DNA of 64,000 nucleotides, taken from an uncultured delta proteobacterium (GTDB lineage: Bacteria > Desulfobacterota > Binatia > Binatales > Binataceae). The notes under the pieces were generated by a model. It saw only the letters and a list, made by a program, of their open reading frames with translations, made no database searches and had not been told where the DNA came from. The DNA lies in NCBI GenBank assembly GCA_963711565.1, contig CAVQEQ010000003.1:1344001-1408000 (forward strand), given 5' to 3'. Of the stretch, positions 38,651 to 49,281 are shown in pieces (the stretch's first letter is position 1; every line of letters begins with the position of its first letter). A program made the position numbers and the translations under genes.

Positions 38651-40090
38651 CTATCCGCGCCTGGAACGCGGGCGGGTCGTCCAGTAGTAAATCGGCACGC
38701 CGCTCAGCGCGATTAGCAATCCCGGCCAGGTGAAGCGCGGCTTCAGGATCAACAGATCGATCATCAGGGCCGACGCCGCGACTACGTAAAGTGCGGGGAC
38801 GATCGGATAGCCCCACGCGCGGTATGGACGCGGCGCGTCGGGGCGGCGGCGGCGCAGCACGAATACCGCTGACACCGTCAGCACGTAAAACATCAGCTGT
38901 GCGAAGATCACGTAGTCGAGCAACTCGGAGTAAGTGCCCGACAAGGTGAGGAGCGCGGCCCAGATTCCCTGCATCACGAGTGCGACGGCCGGCACGCTCG
39001 CGCGATTGAGGCGTCCTGCAGCGGCGAAGAACACACGGTCCTGCGACATCGCGTAGATGACGCGCGCACCCGTGAGGATCAGTCCGTTGGCGCATCCGAA
39101 GCCCGAGATCATCACGAGCACCGCGGTTATCTTCGCGCCCGCGCCGCCCCACACTACCTGCATCGCCGCCGCGGCGACGCGATCGCTCGACGCGTGCGCG
39201 ATTCCACGTCCCACCACAGTTGCGGCGTCCGCGGTTCCCGACGCGGGCAACTCGCAGAGGTAGGCAAGGTTGGTGAGAATGTAGAGCGCGATAACAACGC
39301 CGGTTCCGAACGCCAGCGCCAGTGGAAGATCGCGTTTGGGATTGCGCACCTCGGCGGCGGCGAAGGTCACGCTGGCCCATGCGTCGGCCGAGAACAGCGC
39401 ACCGACCATCGCGGCGCCGAAGACGCCCGCGCCTATCGACGTGGAGGAACTGCCGAAGAAAGCGGCCGAACTGCCGAAGTTTGCGTGAATCGCGGCGGGA
39501 TTCGGCATCAACACGCAACCGACGGCGACTATCAAACATAGCGAGAGAATTTTCGCGGTCGTGAAAGAGTTCTGCAGCCACTTGCCCATATTGAGGCCGC
39601 GCAGGTTGGCAGCGGTGAGAACCGCGATCACGATGATCGCGCCGGCGCGCTCGCCCGACAGTCCCGCGCCGCCGGCACCGAACCAGAGCGTCGAGCCGAG
39701 CACCGGCCACATGACGCCCGCAAAACGCGCGAACGCCACCGCGACCGCCGCGATCGTGCCGGTCTGGATGACGAGCAACAGTGTCCAGCCGAACATAAAC
39801 GCCCACATCCCGCCGTAAGCCTCGCGCAGATAGACATACTGGCCGCCGGCGGCGGGCATCATCGCGGCGAGTTCGCCGTACGCGAGAGCACCCGCGATAG
39901 TCATCACGCCCGCGACCAGCCAGACCATCAACAGGGCGAACGGAGTGCCGACCTGGCGCGTGATGTCGGCGGAGACGATGAAAATTCCCGAGCCGATCAT
40001 CGAGCCGGCAACGAGGGTGACCGAGTCGAAGAGCGAGAGACCCGGCTTCAGCTGGTTGGTGGAAGGGCCAAGTTTGGAGAGGCTCGCCAT
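38651..40090 (-). CDS. APC family amino acid permease
   Basis: GSMIGSGIF, YGELAAMMP.AGGQYVYLREAYG, EVRNPKRDLP, PRPYRAWGYP. Confidence 0.92.
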   Translation of the reverse strand: MASLSKLGPSTNQLKPGLSLFDSVTLVAGSMIGSGIFIVSADITRQVGTPFALLMVWLVAGVMTIAGALAYGELAAMMPAAGGQYVYLREAYGGMWAFMFGWTLLLVIQTGTIAAVAVAFARFAGVMWPVLGSTLWFGAGGAGLSGERAGAIIVIAVLTAANLRGLNMGKWLQNSFTTAKILSLCLIVAVGCVLMPNPAAIHANFGSSAAFFGSSSTSIGAGVFGAAMVGALFSADAWASVTFAAAEVRNPKRDLPLALAFGTGVVIALYILTNLAYLCELPASGTADAATVVGRGIAHASSDRVAAAAMQVVWGGAGAKITAVLVMISGFGCANGLILTGARVIYAMSQDRVFFAAAGRLNRASVPAVALVMQGIWAALLTLSGTYSELLDYVIFAQLMFYVLTVSAVFVLRRRRPDAPRPYRAWGYPIVPALYVVAASALMIDLLILKPRFTWPGLLIALSGVPIYYWTTRPRSRRG

Positions 40091-40257
40091 TGCGAACGCA
40101 TCGTAGCAGCACCGGCCGGCGGCTGCACGTGATTGGATTGAACGATGAGTCAAAGGGCGGGCGGAGTTGTGGTGCGGGGTGAGCGGCAACCACGACGCGG
40201 TAGAGTCCGAGTCAGTGATTCGGCGGATTCCTTCGCAGCAGCGACGGTCAGCGAGTC

Positions 40258-40291
40258 TCCCGCGCGCCGACGGCTCTAACGGCGCGCGGGA
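40258..40291 (-). terminator. Hairpin downstream of the small lipoprotein gene
   Basis: TCCCGCGCGCCG...CGGCGCGCGGGA. Confidence 0.5.
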
Positions 40292-40314
40292 ACCCGCTCA
40301 GGAAACGAACTGAA

Positions 40315-40518
40315 TTACGGCGAGGCCGGGCTGGCCGCGGCAGCAGGACTGCTGGCGTCTGCGGCGCTGGGCGCGGCAGCAGCGCTCGAGGCGTCTGCCG
40401 GTGCGGCAGGCGCAGCCGCGGACGCGGCAGCGTCGGGCGCGGGAGCCGACTCGTCCGATTTATTGCAAGCCGTCACGAAGAACATCGAAACTAGTGCTAG
40501 AAGCAGAACCTTGCGCAT
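40315..40518 (-). CDS. Small Ala/Pro-rich lipoprotein
   Basis: AAGGAG RBS, lipobox VTAC, low-complexity tail. Confidence 0.75.
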   Translation of the reverse strand: MRKVLLLALVSMFFVTACNKSDESAPAPDAAASAAAPAAPADASSAAAAPSAADASSPAAAASPASP

Positions 40519-40670
40519 CGCTTTCTCCTTGGTTGCTCGGTGCTCGGTTGAGCGCGGAAACTTGAAACGGGGCAAGAATACGATAGGCGCGGAATAACTT
40601 CAAGCGCGCGTTTTGCCCCGTATTCACAGTCCGCCGCCACTCTCGGCGTGCAGCCCGCGAAAGAAATTTT

Positions 40671-40698
40671 TTGACTATTTCGCCGGCATCTGTATCAT
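40671..40698 (+). promoter_or_regulatory. Sigma70-like promoter
   Basis: TTGACT-N16-TATCAT. Confidence 0.4.
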
Positions 40699-40748
40699 TC
40701 GATCACGATTTCGCCGTTTTAGGGGCGGATGAGGTGGAGGGTAGTCGG

Positions 40749-40985
40749 GTGGAAGAGCGGCGCATTATTTTCGCGGGCCTCGGGCTCGCAAATCGGCGTA
40801 ATTCTCAAATCGTCGAGCATGAGCTCGACATGGTGCGAAGCGCGGAGCGTCCAATCGCGGGCGTGCCGACGCTCACGCGTATCCGCAACTGGCTGATGCC
40901 GTCGGGACGGCTGGTGGGTCCGCCGATGCGCTCGGTGGCGCGGGAGCTCGAAGAAGCCTTCCCGAGCCGCGACATCCAGGTGTAA
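40749..40985 (+). CDS. Hypothetical protein
   Basis: GGAGG RBS before GTG; no recognised motif. Confidence 0.4.
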   Translation: MEERRIIFAGLGLANRRNSQIVEHELDMVRSAERPIAGVPTLTRIRNWLMPSGRLVGPPMRSVARELEEAFPSRDIQV

Positions 40986-41030
40986 ACTCGCGCGCGCGTA
41001 CGGACTCCGTTCGCGGAGAGGGAGATTACG

Positions 41031-41519
41031 ATGAGCGCGATCTCGCGAATCTCGACCAATACGCCGTGGGAGCCGATCGTCGGCTATTCGCGGCTGGTGC
41101 GGGCCGGTGACATCGTCGCAGTCTCGGGCACCACCGCCACCGACGAGCGCGGGATGATCGTCGGCGGCGGACAGATGTACGTGCAGGCGCGCCAGGCGCT
41201 GGTCAATATTCGCACGGCGCTCGAGCGCGCCGGGCTCGCGATGCATCACGTCATTCGCACGCGGATGTTCGTCACTGACATGTCGCGCTTTGCGGAAGTG
41301 GCTCGCGCGCACATGGAATTCTTTGCCGACTCGCCGCCCGCATCGACGATCGTCGAAGTGCGCCGGCTCGCGAATCCCGACATGATGATCGAGATCGAAG
41401 CCGACGCATACGCGGGCGCTGCTACGAGCCAGGCGCCTGCGCCGAAACCGAAAGCCTCGGTCACGGTGAAAGCAAAGCCTGCGACGAAGTCCGCGAAGAA
41501 GCCCGCGCGCCGCAAGTAG
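41031..41519 (+). CDS. RidA/YjgF family protein with a Lys-rich tail
   Basis: WEPIVGYSR, VSGTT, RTRMFVTD, PASTIVEV, IEIEADA. Confidence 0.9.
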   Translation: MSAISRISTNTPWEPIVGYSRLVRAGDIVAVSGTTATDERGMIVGGGQMYVQARQALVNIRTALERAGLAMHHVIRTRMFVTDMSRFAEVARAHMEFFADSPPASTIVEVRRLANPDMMIEIEADAYAGAATSQAPAPKPKASVTVKAKPATKSAKKPARRK

Positions 41520-41526
41520 CGCCCGA

Positions 41527-41548
41527 GTAGGACGGAATTTATTCCGTC
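41527..41548 (+). repeat. GTAG-type REP, dispersed copy
   Basis: Identical to 1117-1138. Confidence 0.85.
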
Positions 41549-41603
41549 ATCCGAATCAGCGCGTGCGATTTCTCTTCTCTCTCCTGATGGGAGAGCGGTT
41601 CCT

Positions 41604-43103
41604 CTACGGGTCGAACGCAGTAGTAGTGTGGATTCCTTCCGCGCCGCCGGCGGAATGGAATGCGTTGGCGGCGGACGCCATGTACGGCTCGGGATAAACT
41701 CCAATCAAGATCGTGGCGAGCGCGGCCAGACCGATCGCCGCCACCAGCGCGGGCCGACTACTCAGTCGCTCGACTTCGATACCGCCCTCCTGCATATACA
41801 TCGCGACTAATACATAAAAGTAGTAATAGGCAGACACTACACTATTGAGTACTGCGATTATTACCAGTCCGACGTATCCCTGCCGCAGCGCCTCGCTGAA
41901 AATAAAGAACTTGCCGACAAAGCCGGCCATCGGTGGGACCCCGGCCAGAGACAACAGGAAGATTGCCATCGCGCCGGCGAGCAACGGCTGCCGCATCGCC
42001 AGGCCGCGAAAATCGCTGATTTGATTGCCGGTTTCGCCGCGCCGTTCGAGTGCGATTACTACTGCGAATGCGCCGAGATTCGTGAATGCGTAGCCGAGCA
42101 GGTAGTACAGAATCGCCGGGCCCGATCGCACTCCCGCCGCCAGCCCGAGCAACAAGTAACCGGCGTGCGCGATCGCGGAGTACGCAAGCATCCGCTTGAT
42201 ATTGGTCTGGACGACAGCGATTAGATTTCCGGCGGTCATCGTCAGCGCCGCGACTATCCATAAAACGATCTGCCAGTGCGCGCCGACCGCCGGAAAATCG
42301 ACGAGGAACACGCGGACGAAGGCGGCGAACGCGGCGAGCTTAACGCCCACCGCCATGAATGCGGTCACGGGCGTCGGCGCGCCCTCGTAAACGTCGGGCG
42401 TCCACATGTGAAACGGCACCGCCGCGACCTTGAAGCCGAAACCGATCACCAGCAAGCCGATGCCGAGCAGCAAGAGCGGATTTGATCCCAGCGCGCCTGA
42501 GGCGATCGCCTCGTGAATCGGGCCGAGCTTGATCGAGCCGGTCGCCGCATACACCAGCGCGATTCCGTAGAGCAGGAACCCGGTCGAGAACGCGCCCAGC
42601 AGGAAATATTTTATCGCCGCTTCATTTGATTTCGCGTTGCGGCGCATGATGCCCGCCAGCACGTAAACTGGTATCGACATCGTCTCGAGGCCGAGGAAGA
42701 TGACGATCAGGTCGCCGGCCGTCGCCATCAGCATCATGCCGACCGCGGAGAACAACAGCAGCGAATAGTATTCGGCGCCGGGAATGCCGTTCTCGGCGGC
42801 GTAGTCGAGCGACATCATCACGGTGAACATCGCGGCGATCAAAATCAGCAGCTCGAAAAATGCCGCAAAGCTGTCGATCGAGATCGCGCCGGCAAATGCG
42901 ACGCCGGACTGGCCCACGATTCCGAGCGTGAACACGAACGCCACGCCGATCGACGCGAGCGTCACCAGACCCAATCCTTCACTTTCGCCGTCGTCGATGC
43001 GCACTCCGGCTAGCAGCACCACGATCGCAGCCACGGCCACAATCACCATCGGCAGGATCGGCAGCCAGACGAAGTTGATAGCGGCAAGGTTGAAAGGACT
43101 CAT
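41604..43103 (-). CDS. nuoN: NADH-quinone oxidoreductase subunit N
   Basis: EAAIKYFLLG, FKVAAVPFHMWTPDVYEGAP, KRMLAYS. Confidence 0.95.
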   Translation of the reverse strand: MSPFNLAAINFVWLPILPMVIVAVAAIVVLLAGVRIDDGESEGLGLVTLASIGVAFVFTLGIVGQSGVAFAGAISIDSFAAFFELLILIAAMFTVMMSLDYAAENGIPGAEYYSLLLFSAVGMMLMATAGDLIVIFLGLETMSIPVYVLAGIMRRNAKSNEAAIKYFLLGAFSTGFLLYGIALVYAATGSIKLGPIHEAIASGALGSNPLLLLGIGLLVIGFGFKVAAVPFHMWTPDVYEGAPTPVTAFMAVGVKLAAFAAFVRVFLVDFPAVGAHWQIVLWIVAALTMTAGNLIAVVQTNIKRMLAYSAIAHAGYLLLGLAAGVRSGPAILYYLLGYAFTNLGAFAVVIALERRGETGNQISDFRGLAMRQPLLAGAMAIFLLSLAGVPPMAGFVGKFFIFSEALRQGYVGLVIIAVLNSVVSAYYYFYVLVAMYMQEGGIEVERLSSRPALVAAIGLAALATILIGVYPEPYMASAANAFHSAGGAEGIHTTTAFDP

Positions 43104-44671
43104 CGTGCAACCGCCGCAATTTCGGGCTCGTGAGCCAATGCCGGCACAGCGGCTATTCGATTCGGCTGTCGTTCAAGCTCGAGCTGAGCCTCCGCGAAGT
43201 TTGCCCGCGCGAGCATCGCAGTCACTGAGGGTTCGATGCGGCTGATGAGTGGGCGGGGGAAAAGTCCCATGAACAACATCAGCGCGATCACCGGCACCAT
43301 CACCGCGATCTCGCGAGCGGTCAGATCGCTGATCGTCTCGTTCACCGCCTTGGTGATCGGCCCGAACATCACGCGTTCGTAGGTCCATAGCAGGTAGAGC
43401 GCACCCAGGATCACGCCCACGACCGCGAAAACAGTAGCCAGCCTGAGCCGGATGAACGCGCCGAGCATGATCAGAAACTCGCCGACGAAGCCGTTGAGCC
43501 CCGGCAGCCCCATCGACGAGAGCATCACGATCATGAAGATCGCGGCGTAAACCGGCACGCTCTTCCAGAGACCGCCGAACTCGGAAATCTCGCGCGTGTG
43601 CCGCCTCATGTAGAGCATTCCGATCAGCAAGAAGAGTCCGCCGGTCGAAATGCCATGACTGAGCATCTGATAAATCGCCCCGTCGATACCCTGGGGGTTG
43701 AGCGCGAAAATTCCGAGCATCACGAAACCCAGGTGACTAACCGACGAATAGGCAATCACGCGCTTGAGGTCCGGCTGCACCATCGCGACCAGCGCGCCAT
43801 AAATGATCCCGACTACCGCGAGCGCCATGAACAGCGGAATCGCCTCAACGGCGACAGTGGGGAACAGCGGAATCGCGAAACGCAGAAAACCGTAGGTGCC
43901 CATCTTGAGCATCACGCCGGCCAGGATCACCGAGCCCGCTGTCGGCGCGTTGGTGTGCGCATCGGGCAGCCAGGTATGCACCGGCCACATCGGGACCTTG
44001 ATCGCGAACGCGAGCGCGAACGCCGCGAACAGCCACCGCGCCTGAGTAGTAGTGAGCGGCACCTGGTAGAGCAGCGGCAAATCGAAGCTGGTGCGGTTGA
44101 AATGCACGTGCGCCTGGTACACCAGGTACAGGATCGCGACCAACATCAGAAACGAGCCGACCATCGTGAACAACACGAACTTGATCGCGGCGTAAATCTT
44201 GCGCCCGTGTCCCCAGATGCCGATCAGGAAGTACATCGGGATCAGCATCACTTCCCAGAACACGTAGAAAAGGAACAGGTCGACCGAAAGAAGCGTGCCG
44301 AGCAGTCCGGTCTCCAGCACGAGCATAAAGAAACAGAACTCGCGCGGACGCTCCTCGATATCGCCGCCGCCCGAATAGAGGAGCGACAGAGTAATCAGGA
44401 TAGTAGTCAGTAGAACCAGGAACAGGCTAATGCCGTCGATACCAATATGGTATGTAATGCCGAATGACGGAATCCAGTCGTATTGCTCAACGAATTGGTA
44501 ATCCGCCATCTGCGGATTGAATTCATACAAGACATAGAAGCTGAGCGCGAGCGGCAGCAGCGAGAAGACGAACGCGGAGTTCCAAATCGCCCGCTCCTCG
44601 CTCTGCATCAGGATAAAGAGCGCGCCGATCAGCGGCAGGAAAATCAATGCTGTGAGCACGCCGCCGTTCAT
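43100..44671 (-). CDS. nuoM: NADH-quinone oxidoreductase subunit M
   Basis: FYVFWEVMLIPMY, HTWLPDAH, LKMGTYG, GLNGFVGEF. Confidence 0.95.
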   Translation of the reverse strand: MNGGVLTALIFLPLIGALFILMQSEERAIWNSAFVFSLLPLALSFYVLYEFNPQMADYQFVEQYDWIPSFGITYHIGIDGISLFLVLLTTILITLSLLYSGGGDIEERPREFCFFMLVLETGLLGTLLSVDLFLFYVFWEVMLIPMYFLIGIWGHGRKIYAAIKFVLFTMVGSFLMLVAILYLVYQAHVHFNRTSFDLPLLYQVPLTTTQARWLFAAFALAFAIKVPMWPVHTWLPDAHTNAPTAGSVILAGVMLKMGTYGFLRFAIPLFPTVAVEAIPLFMALAVVGIIYGALVAMVQPDLKRVIAYSSVSHLGFVMLGIFALNPQGIDGAIYQMLSHGISTGGLFLLIGMLYMRRHTREISEFGGLWKSVPVYAAIFMIVMLSSMGLPGLNGFVGEFLIMLGAFIRLRLATVFAVVGVILGALYLLWTYERVMFGPITKAVNETISDLTAREIAVMVPVIALMLFMGLFPRPLISRIEPSVTAMLARANFAEAQLELERQPNRIAAVPALAHEPEIAAVAR

Positions 44672-46590
44672 CGGCCCGTCACCAGGAACACGTAGTAACC
44701 TACGATCCCCAACGCGCCCAGCAGGTAGATGAATGCGTAGTGCTGGACGTTGCCGGTTTCTGCCCGACGCGCGACCTGGCCTGAAGTCTGGACGGCGAGC
44801 CCGGCGCCATCGGCGGCGCCATCGATTACGAACCCATCAATCGCGCGGTTGAAGACATTGGCCGACACCCAAAAGAGCGGACGGGTGACGATGAAATTAT
44901 ATAGTTCGTCGATGTAATACTTGTTGAGTAGCAAGTCGTACGGAGCTTTCAGCCGCCACGCAAGCAGGAACGGTATCCCCGGCAACCGGATGTACAGCAC
45001 CCAGGCGAGCGCGATTCCGATGATCGAGGCGACCAGGGGGAGCGACATTGTAACTGAACTCGCCTCGACATGCGGTGTGAACGTACCAACCGCCGGCGCG
45101 AGAAATCGCACGAACGCGTTTCCCCAGAGTAACCCGTCTGGAAGATTCACCCATCCGCCGACCGTCGCGAGAATAGCCAGTACGATTAGCGGAATAGCCA
45201 TAACCGCCGGCGATTCGTGGATGTGAGCCACCTTGTCGGAATCGACGCGCGAATCGCCGAAGAACGTCATGAAGATCAGCCGGAACATGTAGAACGACGT
45301 GAGGCCCGCGGTGATCACGCCGAGGATCCAGAGCCACGAATGTCCCGAGTCGTACGCAGCTTCGAGAATCAGGTCCTTGGAGAAATAGCCGGAGAACGGA
45401 GGTAAAGCCGCGATGGCCAGCGTCGCGATGAACATCGTCCAGAACGTGATCGGCAGCTTCTTCCGCAACCCGCCCATCTTGTTCATGTCCTGCTCGCCGC
45501 CCAGCGCATGCATCACGGAGCCGGCGCACAGGAACAGCAGCCCTTTGAAGAACGCGTGCGTCATGACGTGGAAAATTCCCGACGCGTACGCACCCGATCC
45601 GACGCCGAGAAACATGTAGCCGAGCTGGCTGATGGTCGAGTACGCGAGCACTTTCTTGATGTCCGGCTGTACGATCGCGATGCTCGCGGCGAACAGCGCG
45701 GTGACCGCGCCGACAGTCGCAACCACGTCGAGCGTGCTGGGCGCCATCGTGTAGAGAAATCCGAGCCGCGCAATCATGTACACGCCGGCGGTGACCATCG
45801 TCGCCGCATGAATCAGCGCGCTGACGGGAGTCGGGCCGACCATTGCGTCGGGCAGCCAGACGTAAAGCGGAATCTGCGCCGACTTTCCGGTCGCGCCGAT
45901 GAAGAGCAGAAAGCCGGCCGCGGTCGCCGCAGTGACGCCGAGCAGGGCGGCATTGTTGCGGAGCTCGACGAAGTTGAGCGTCCAGACGCCGTGCGCGCCG
46001 AGCGTGGCGACGATGGTGAAAATCCCGAGCAGAAAGCCGGCGTCGCCAATTCGATTTACGACGAACGCTTTGCGCCCGTTATAGGCAAACTGAGGATTCG
46101 TGTACCAGAATGCGATTAGCAAGTAGCTACATAGCCCGACGCCTTCCCATCCTACGAACATCATTAGCAAGTTGTCCGCCAGAATGAGTATCAACATCGA
46201 TAGGGCGAACAGGTTCATGTAGGTAAAGAAGCGCGCGAAGTCCTCGTCGTGCGCCATGTAGCCGACTGAGTAAAGATGGATTAGTGCGCCGACGCCAGTG
46301 ACTATCATCACCATCACGCCCGATAGTGCGTCGATGCGCAATCCGAGGTCGGTGTGGAAGCTGCCGGCTTCGATCCATCCCCATAAAGGCATGGCGAGCG
46401 CGCCGCCCGGCGGCATCGCGAGCAGTTTCACAAATGCCCACGTCGCAACGCCGAACGCCGCGAACATCACGCCCGGTCCAACCACGTTGACCACGCCGCG
46501 TCCCCGTCTGGCGCCTAAGAACAAGTTGAACACGACGCCGAGCGCGGGGAACAGCAGGATTAGCGCGAGTGCTGGAAACTCAACTGTCAT
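44668..46590 (-). CDS. nuoL: NADH-quinone oxidoreductase subunit L
   Basis: GWEGVGLCSY, GKSAQIPLYVWLPDAM.GPTPVSALIHAATMV, HAFFK. Confidence 0.95.
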   Translation of the reverse strand: MTVEFPALALILLFPALGVVFNLFLGARRGRGVVNVVGPGVMFAAFGVATWAFVKLLAMPPGGALAMPLWGWIEAGSFHTDLGLRIDALSGVMVMIVTGVGALIHLYSVGYMAHDEDFARFFTYMNLFALSMLILILADNLLMMFVGWEGVGLCSYLLIAFWYTNPQFAYNGRKAFVVNRIGDAGFLLGIFTIVATLGAHGVWTLNFVELRNNAALLGVTAATAAGFLLFIGATGKSAQIPLYVWLPDAMVGPTPVSALIHAATMVTAGVYMIARLGFLYTMAPSTLDVVATVGAVTALFAASIAIVQPDIKKVLAYSTISQLGYMFLGVGSGAYASGIFHVMTHAFFKGLLFLCAGSVMHALGGEQDMNKMGGLRKKLPITFWTMFIATLAIAALPPFSGYFSKDLILEAAYDSGHSWLWILGVITAGLTSFYMFRLIFMTFFGDSRVDSDKVAHIHESPAVMAIPLIVLAILATVGGWVNLPDGLLWGNAFVRFLAPAVGTFTPHVEASSVTMSLPLVASIIGIALAWVLYIRLPGIPFLLAWRLKAPYDLLLNKYYIDELYNFIVTRPLFWVSANVFNRAIDGFVIDGAADGAGLAVQTSGQVARRAETGNVQHYAFIYLLGALGIVGYYVFLVTGR

Positions 46591-46600
46591 TGGGTGTTCG

Positions 46601-46903
46601 TCACCATCTCATCAGCGTTAAGTCGTCGGCGTGGACGGTCTCGCGATTGCGGAAGGTCGAGATGATGATGCCCAGGCCAACGGCCGATTCCGCCGCCGCC
46701 ACCGTCATCACGAAGAACACGATCACCTGGCCGTCCATCGAGCCGAGCCGGCTGCCGATTGCGATGAAGGCCAGGTTCACGGCGTTCAGCATCAGCTCGA
46801 TCGACATGAACATCACGAGAATGTTGCGGCGGATGATCACGCCGGCCACGCCGATGGCAAAGATTATCGCGCTCAGCGACATCATGTAGGGGAGTGGAAT
46901 CAT
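46601..46903 (-). CDS. nuoK: NADH-quinone oxidoreductase subunit K
   Basis: MSIELMLNAVN, VAAAESAVGL. Confidence 0.95.
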   Translation of the reverse strand: MIPLPYMMSLSAIIFAIGVAGVIIRRNILVMFMSIELMLNAVNLAFIAIGSRLGSMDGQVIVFFVMTVAAAESAVGLGIIISTFRNRETVHADDLTLMRW

Positions 46904-47436
46904 GATGCGGCCTTTCCCGCCGCGCGCGGATCGTTCGTGCCGGGCAGTTTGCGGGCGAGCGCGATCGAGCCGACCACCGCCGCCAGCAACAGCACCGACG
47001 TTACCTCGAACGCGATCAGGTAGTCGGTGAACAGCTTGCCGGCGAGGCTCGCCAGCGAACCATAACCTGAAGGCTCGTGAGTGAACTTCACCTGGAGATG
47101 CGGAGGCGAGAGGATCAAAAACAGCTCGGTCACCAGCAGCGCCGCCGCGAGCGAGCCGAAAAACTTGAGCACAAGATGACCCGTCGGCCCCGCTTCGACC
47201 TGAAGATTCAACAGCCAGATGACGAACAGGAACAGGACCATGATTGCGCCGGCATAGACGATGATTTGCAGAAAGCCGACCACCACCGCGTCCTCGGCGA
47301 TAAAAAGAATCGCGACGACCAGCAGCGTTCCGATCAACGCAAGCAGCGAATGGATCGGATTGCGCTGAACGATCACACCGAGCGCCGAGACCACCGCCAG
47401 CGCGCCGAGAAAGATGTAGAGGGCTGGCGGCATCAT
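46900..47436 (-). CDS. nuoJ: NADH-quinone oxidoreductase subunit J
   Basis: NPIHS, QIIVYAGAIMVLFLFVI, FEVTSVLLL; ATGA overlap with nuoH. Confidence 0.92.
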   Translation of the reverse strand: MMPPALYIFLGALAVVSALGVIVQRNPIHSLLALIGTLLVVAILFIAEDAVVVGFLQIIVYAGAIMVLFLFVIWLLNLQVEAGPTGHLVLKFFGSLAAALLVTELFLILSPPHLQVKFTHEPSGYGSLASLAGKLFTDYLIAFEVTSVLLLAAVVGSIALARKLPGTNDPRAAGKAAS

Positions 47437-48557
47437 TGGACTCTCCCGGTTGCCACCACGACGAATGCCGTCAGCAGCACGTTGAACAGTCCGAGCGGCA
47501 CCAGTCCTTTCCATCCGAGCCGCATCAACTGATCGTAGCGAAAGCGCGGCAGCGTCCATCGCACCAGGCCGAGAAAGATGCACAGCGCGACGACCTTCAC
47601 CAGGAATGCGACGATGCCGAGGATCGATACTGCCAGCGCGGGGACGGCGAGAAATGCGCCGCCCGGCAGGTGAAAGCCGTCGTGCATCAGCCACGGAACC
47701 TGCCATCCGCCGAGAAAAAAAGTTGTCAGCAGCATCGCGACAAGTGCCTGCTCGGCGAAGTCGGTCAGCATGAAGACCGCCTGCTTGCCGCCCGAGTATT
47801 CGGTGAAATAACCCTGGATCAGTTCCGACTCGCTTTCGGGCAGGTCGAACGGGATGCGCTTGGACTCCGCCGCGCCGGCCACGAGCAGCAGAATGAACGC
47901 GAGCGGCTGCACGAAAATCCCCCAGCGCGGCAAAAATCCGAACCACACACCGCCCTGCCCGCGCACGATTTCCTGCAGGTTCAGCGTGCCAAACGTCATG
48001 ATCACCGACACGATCGCGAGTCCCATTGCCAGCTCGTACGAGATCATCTGCGCCGTCGCGCGAATCCCGCCGAGCAGCGCCCATCGATTGTTCGACGACC
48101 ATCCCGCGAGCGCGACGCCGTACACGCCGAGCCCGATCGTCGCGAGCAGGTAGAGCGCGCCGGCGTTGAGGTTGGCGGCTTCGAGCCCGATGCGATGGCC
48201 CGCGATCGAAATCGAGTCGCCGAACGGGATCACGACGAACGTGATCATCACCGGGAACAGCGCGAGGAACGGCGCCAGCGTGTGCAGAAATTTGTCCGCG
48301 CCGGCCGGAATGAAATCTTCCTTGGTGAACATTTTCACCGGGTCGGCGATGGTGGTGTTGATGATGCCGAGGTTCGGCATCCCCATGCGTTTGCCGAGGC
48401 CGGTGATCGTCACGCGATTCGAGCCGATGCGGTCCTGGATAAGCGCGCTGCCCTTGCGCTCGAAATAGAGCAGGAACAGCGACAGGTTCAATCCGAGCAC
48501 TATCATCAGGATCGCTTTGATCGCGCTGGCGACTAATTCAATTGTCACGGGCGGCAA
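47433..48557 (-). CDS. nuoH: NADH-quinone oxidoreductase subunit H
   Basis: ERK..A.IQDRIG, AQMISYE, RIPFDLPESESEL, LPRFRYDQLM. Confidence 0.95.
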   Translation of the reverse strand: MPPVTIELVASAIKAILMIVLGLNLSLFLLYFERKGSALIQDRIGSNRVTITGLGKRMGMPNLGIINTTIADPVKMFTKEDFIPAGADKFLHTLAPFLALFPVMITFVVIPFGDSISIAGHRIGLEAANLNAGALYLLATIGLGVYGVALAGWSSNNRWALLGGIRATAQMISYELAMGLAIVSVIMTFGTLNLQEIVRGQGGVWFGFLPRWGIFVQPLAFILLLVAGAAESKRIPFDLPESESELIQGYFTEYSGGKQAVFMLTDFAEQALVAMLLTTFFLGGWQVPWLMHDGFHLPGGAFLAVPALAVSILGIVAFLVKVVALCIFLGLVRWTLPRFRYDQLMRLGWKGLVPLGLFNVLLTAFVVVATGRVQ

Positions 48558-49038
48558 GCTCGTCGATAAGTTTGAGAATGCTTTCTTCGGTGAGATTTTC
48601 GAAGTAAGCGTCCTGATTGAGCTGGAGCATCGGCGCGGTGCCGCACGACGCCAGGCATTCGGCCGTGTCCAGCGTGAACTTGCCGTCGGGCGTCGTCTCG
48701 CCTATCTCGATTTTCAATTTCCGCCGGATGCAGTCCACGATTTTGTCCGCGCCGCGCAGCCGGCACGAGAGATTCGTGCAAACGTCGAGCAGGTAGCGCC
48801 CGACCGGTTTGCGATGGAACATCGTATAGAACGAAACCACGGCGCGCACGTGCGCGGGCGGCAATTCCATCAGGTGCGCGACGTAGTCCTGGGTCGCGTC
48901 GCTGAGCCAGCCGAACTCGCGCTGCGCGATCCACAGCGTCGGCAGCAGCGCGGCCTGCCGTGTCGGGTAGCGGCCGAGGATTTGGCGGTACTCGTCGAGC
49001 GCCGCGTCGGAAAACCTGGGTTGATCGTTCTCGGGCAT
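48538..49038 (-). CDS. nuoE: NADH-quinone oxidoreductase subunit E (2Fe-2S)
   Basis: VSFYTMF, VCTNLSC, ECLASC.TAP. Confidence 0.92.
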   Translation of the reverse strand: MPENDQPRFSDAALDEYRQILGRYPTRQAALLPTLWIAQREFGWLSDATQDYVAHLMELPPAHVRAVVSFYTMFHRKPVGRYLLDVCTNLSCRLRGADKIVDCIRRKLKIEIGETTPDGKFTLDTAECLASCGTAPMLQLNQDAYFENLTEESILKLIDELAARDN

Positions 49039-49281
49039 GGCAGAAGTATTACAGGGCCTTCAACGTCGAGGTTCTTGAGTTCGGGAATCTAATGATTGCT
49101 ATCTAAAATTTCGCAAATCCGCCAGAGGCGCAAGCGTGACCCGATGAGGAGGTCGCGAACTTGCGGGGTTAGTCAGAACGGGTTATCTATCGTCCGCGAC
49201 TTCGAGGCAAGAGGCAGCAGTCGTTTCGACTAAACGGCCAACGCGATTTCGTTCCGGAAATGCCTCGAAAAAACTTGCGCG

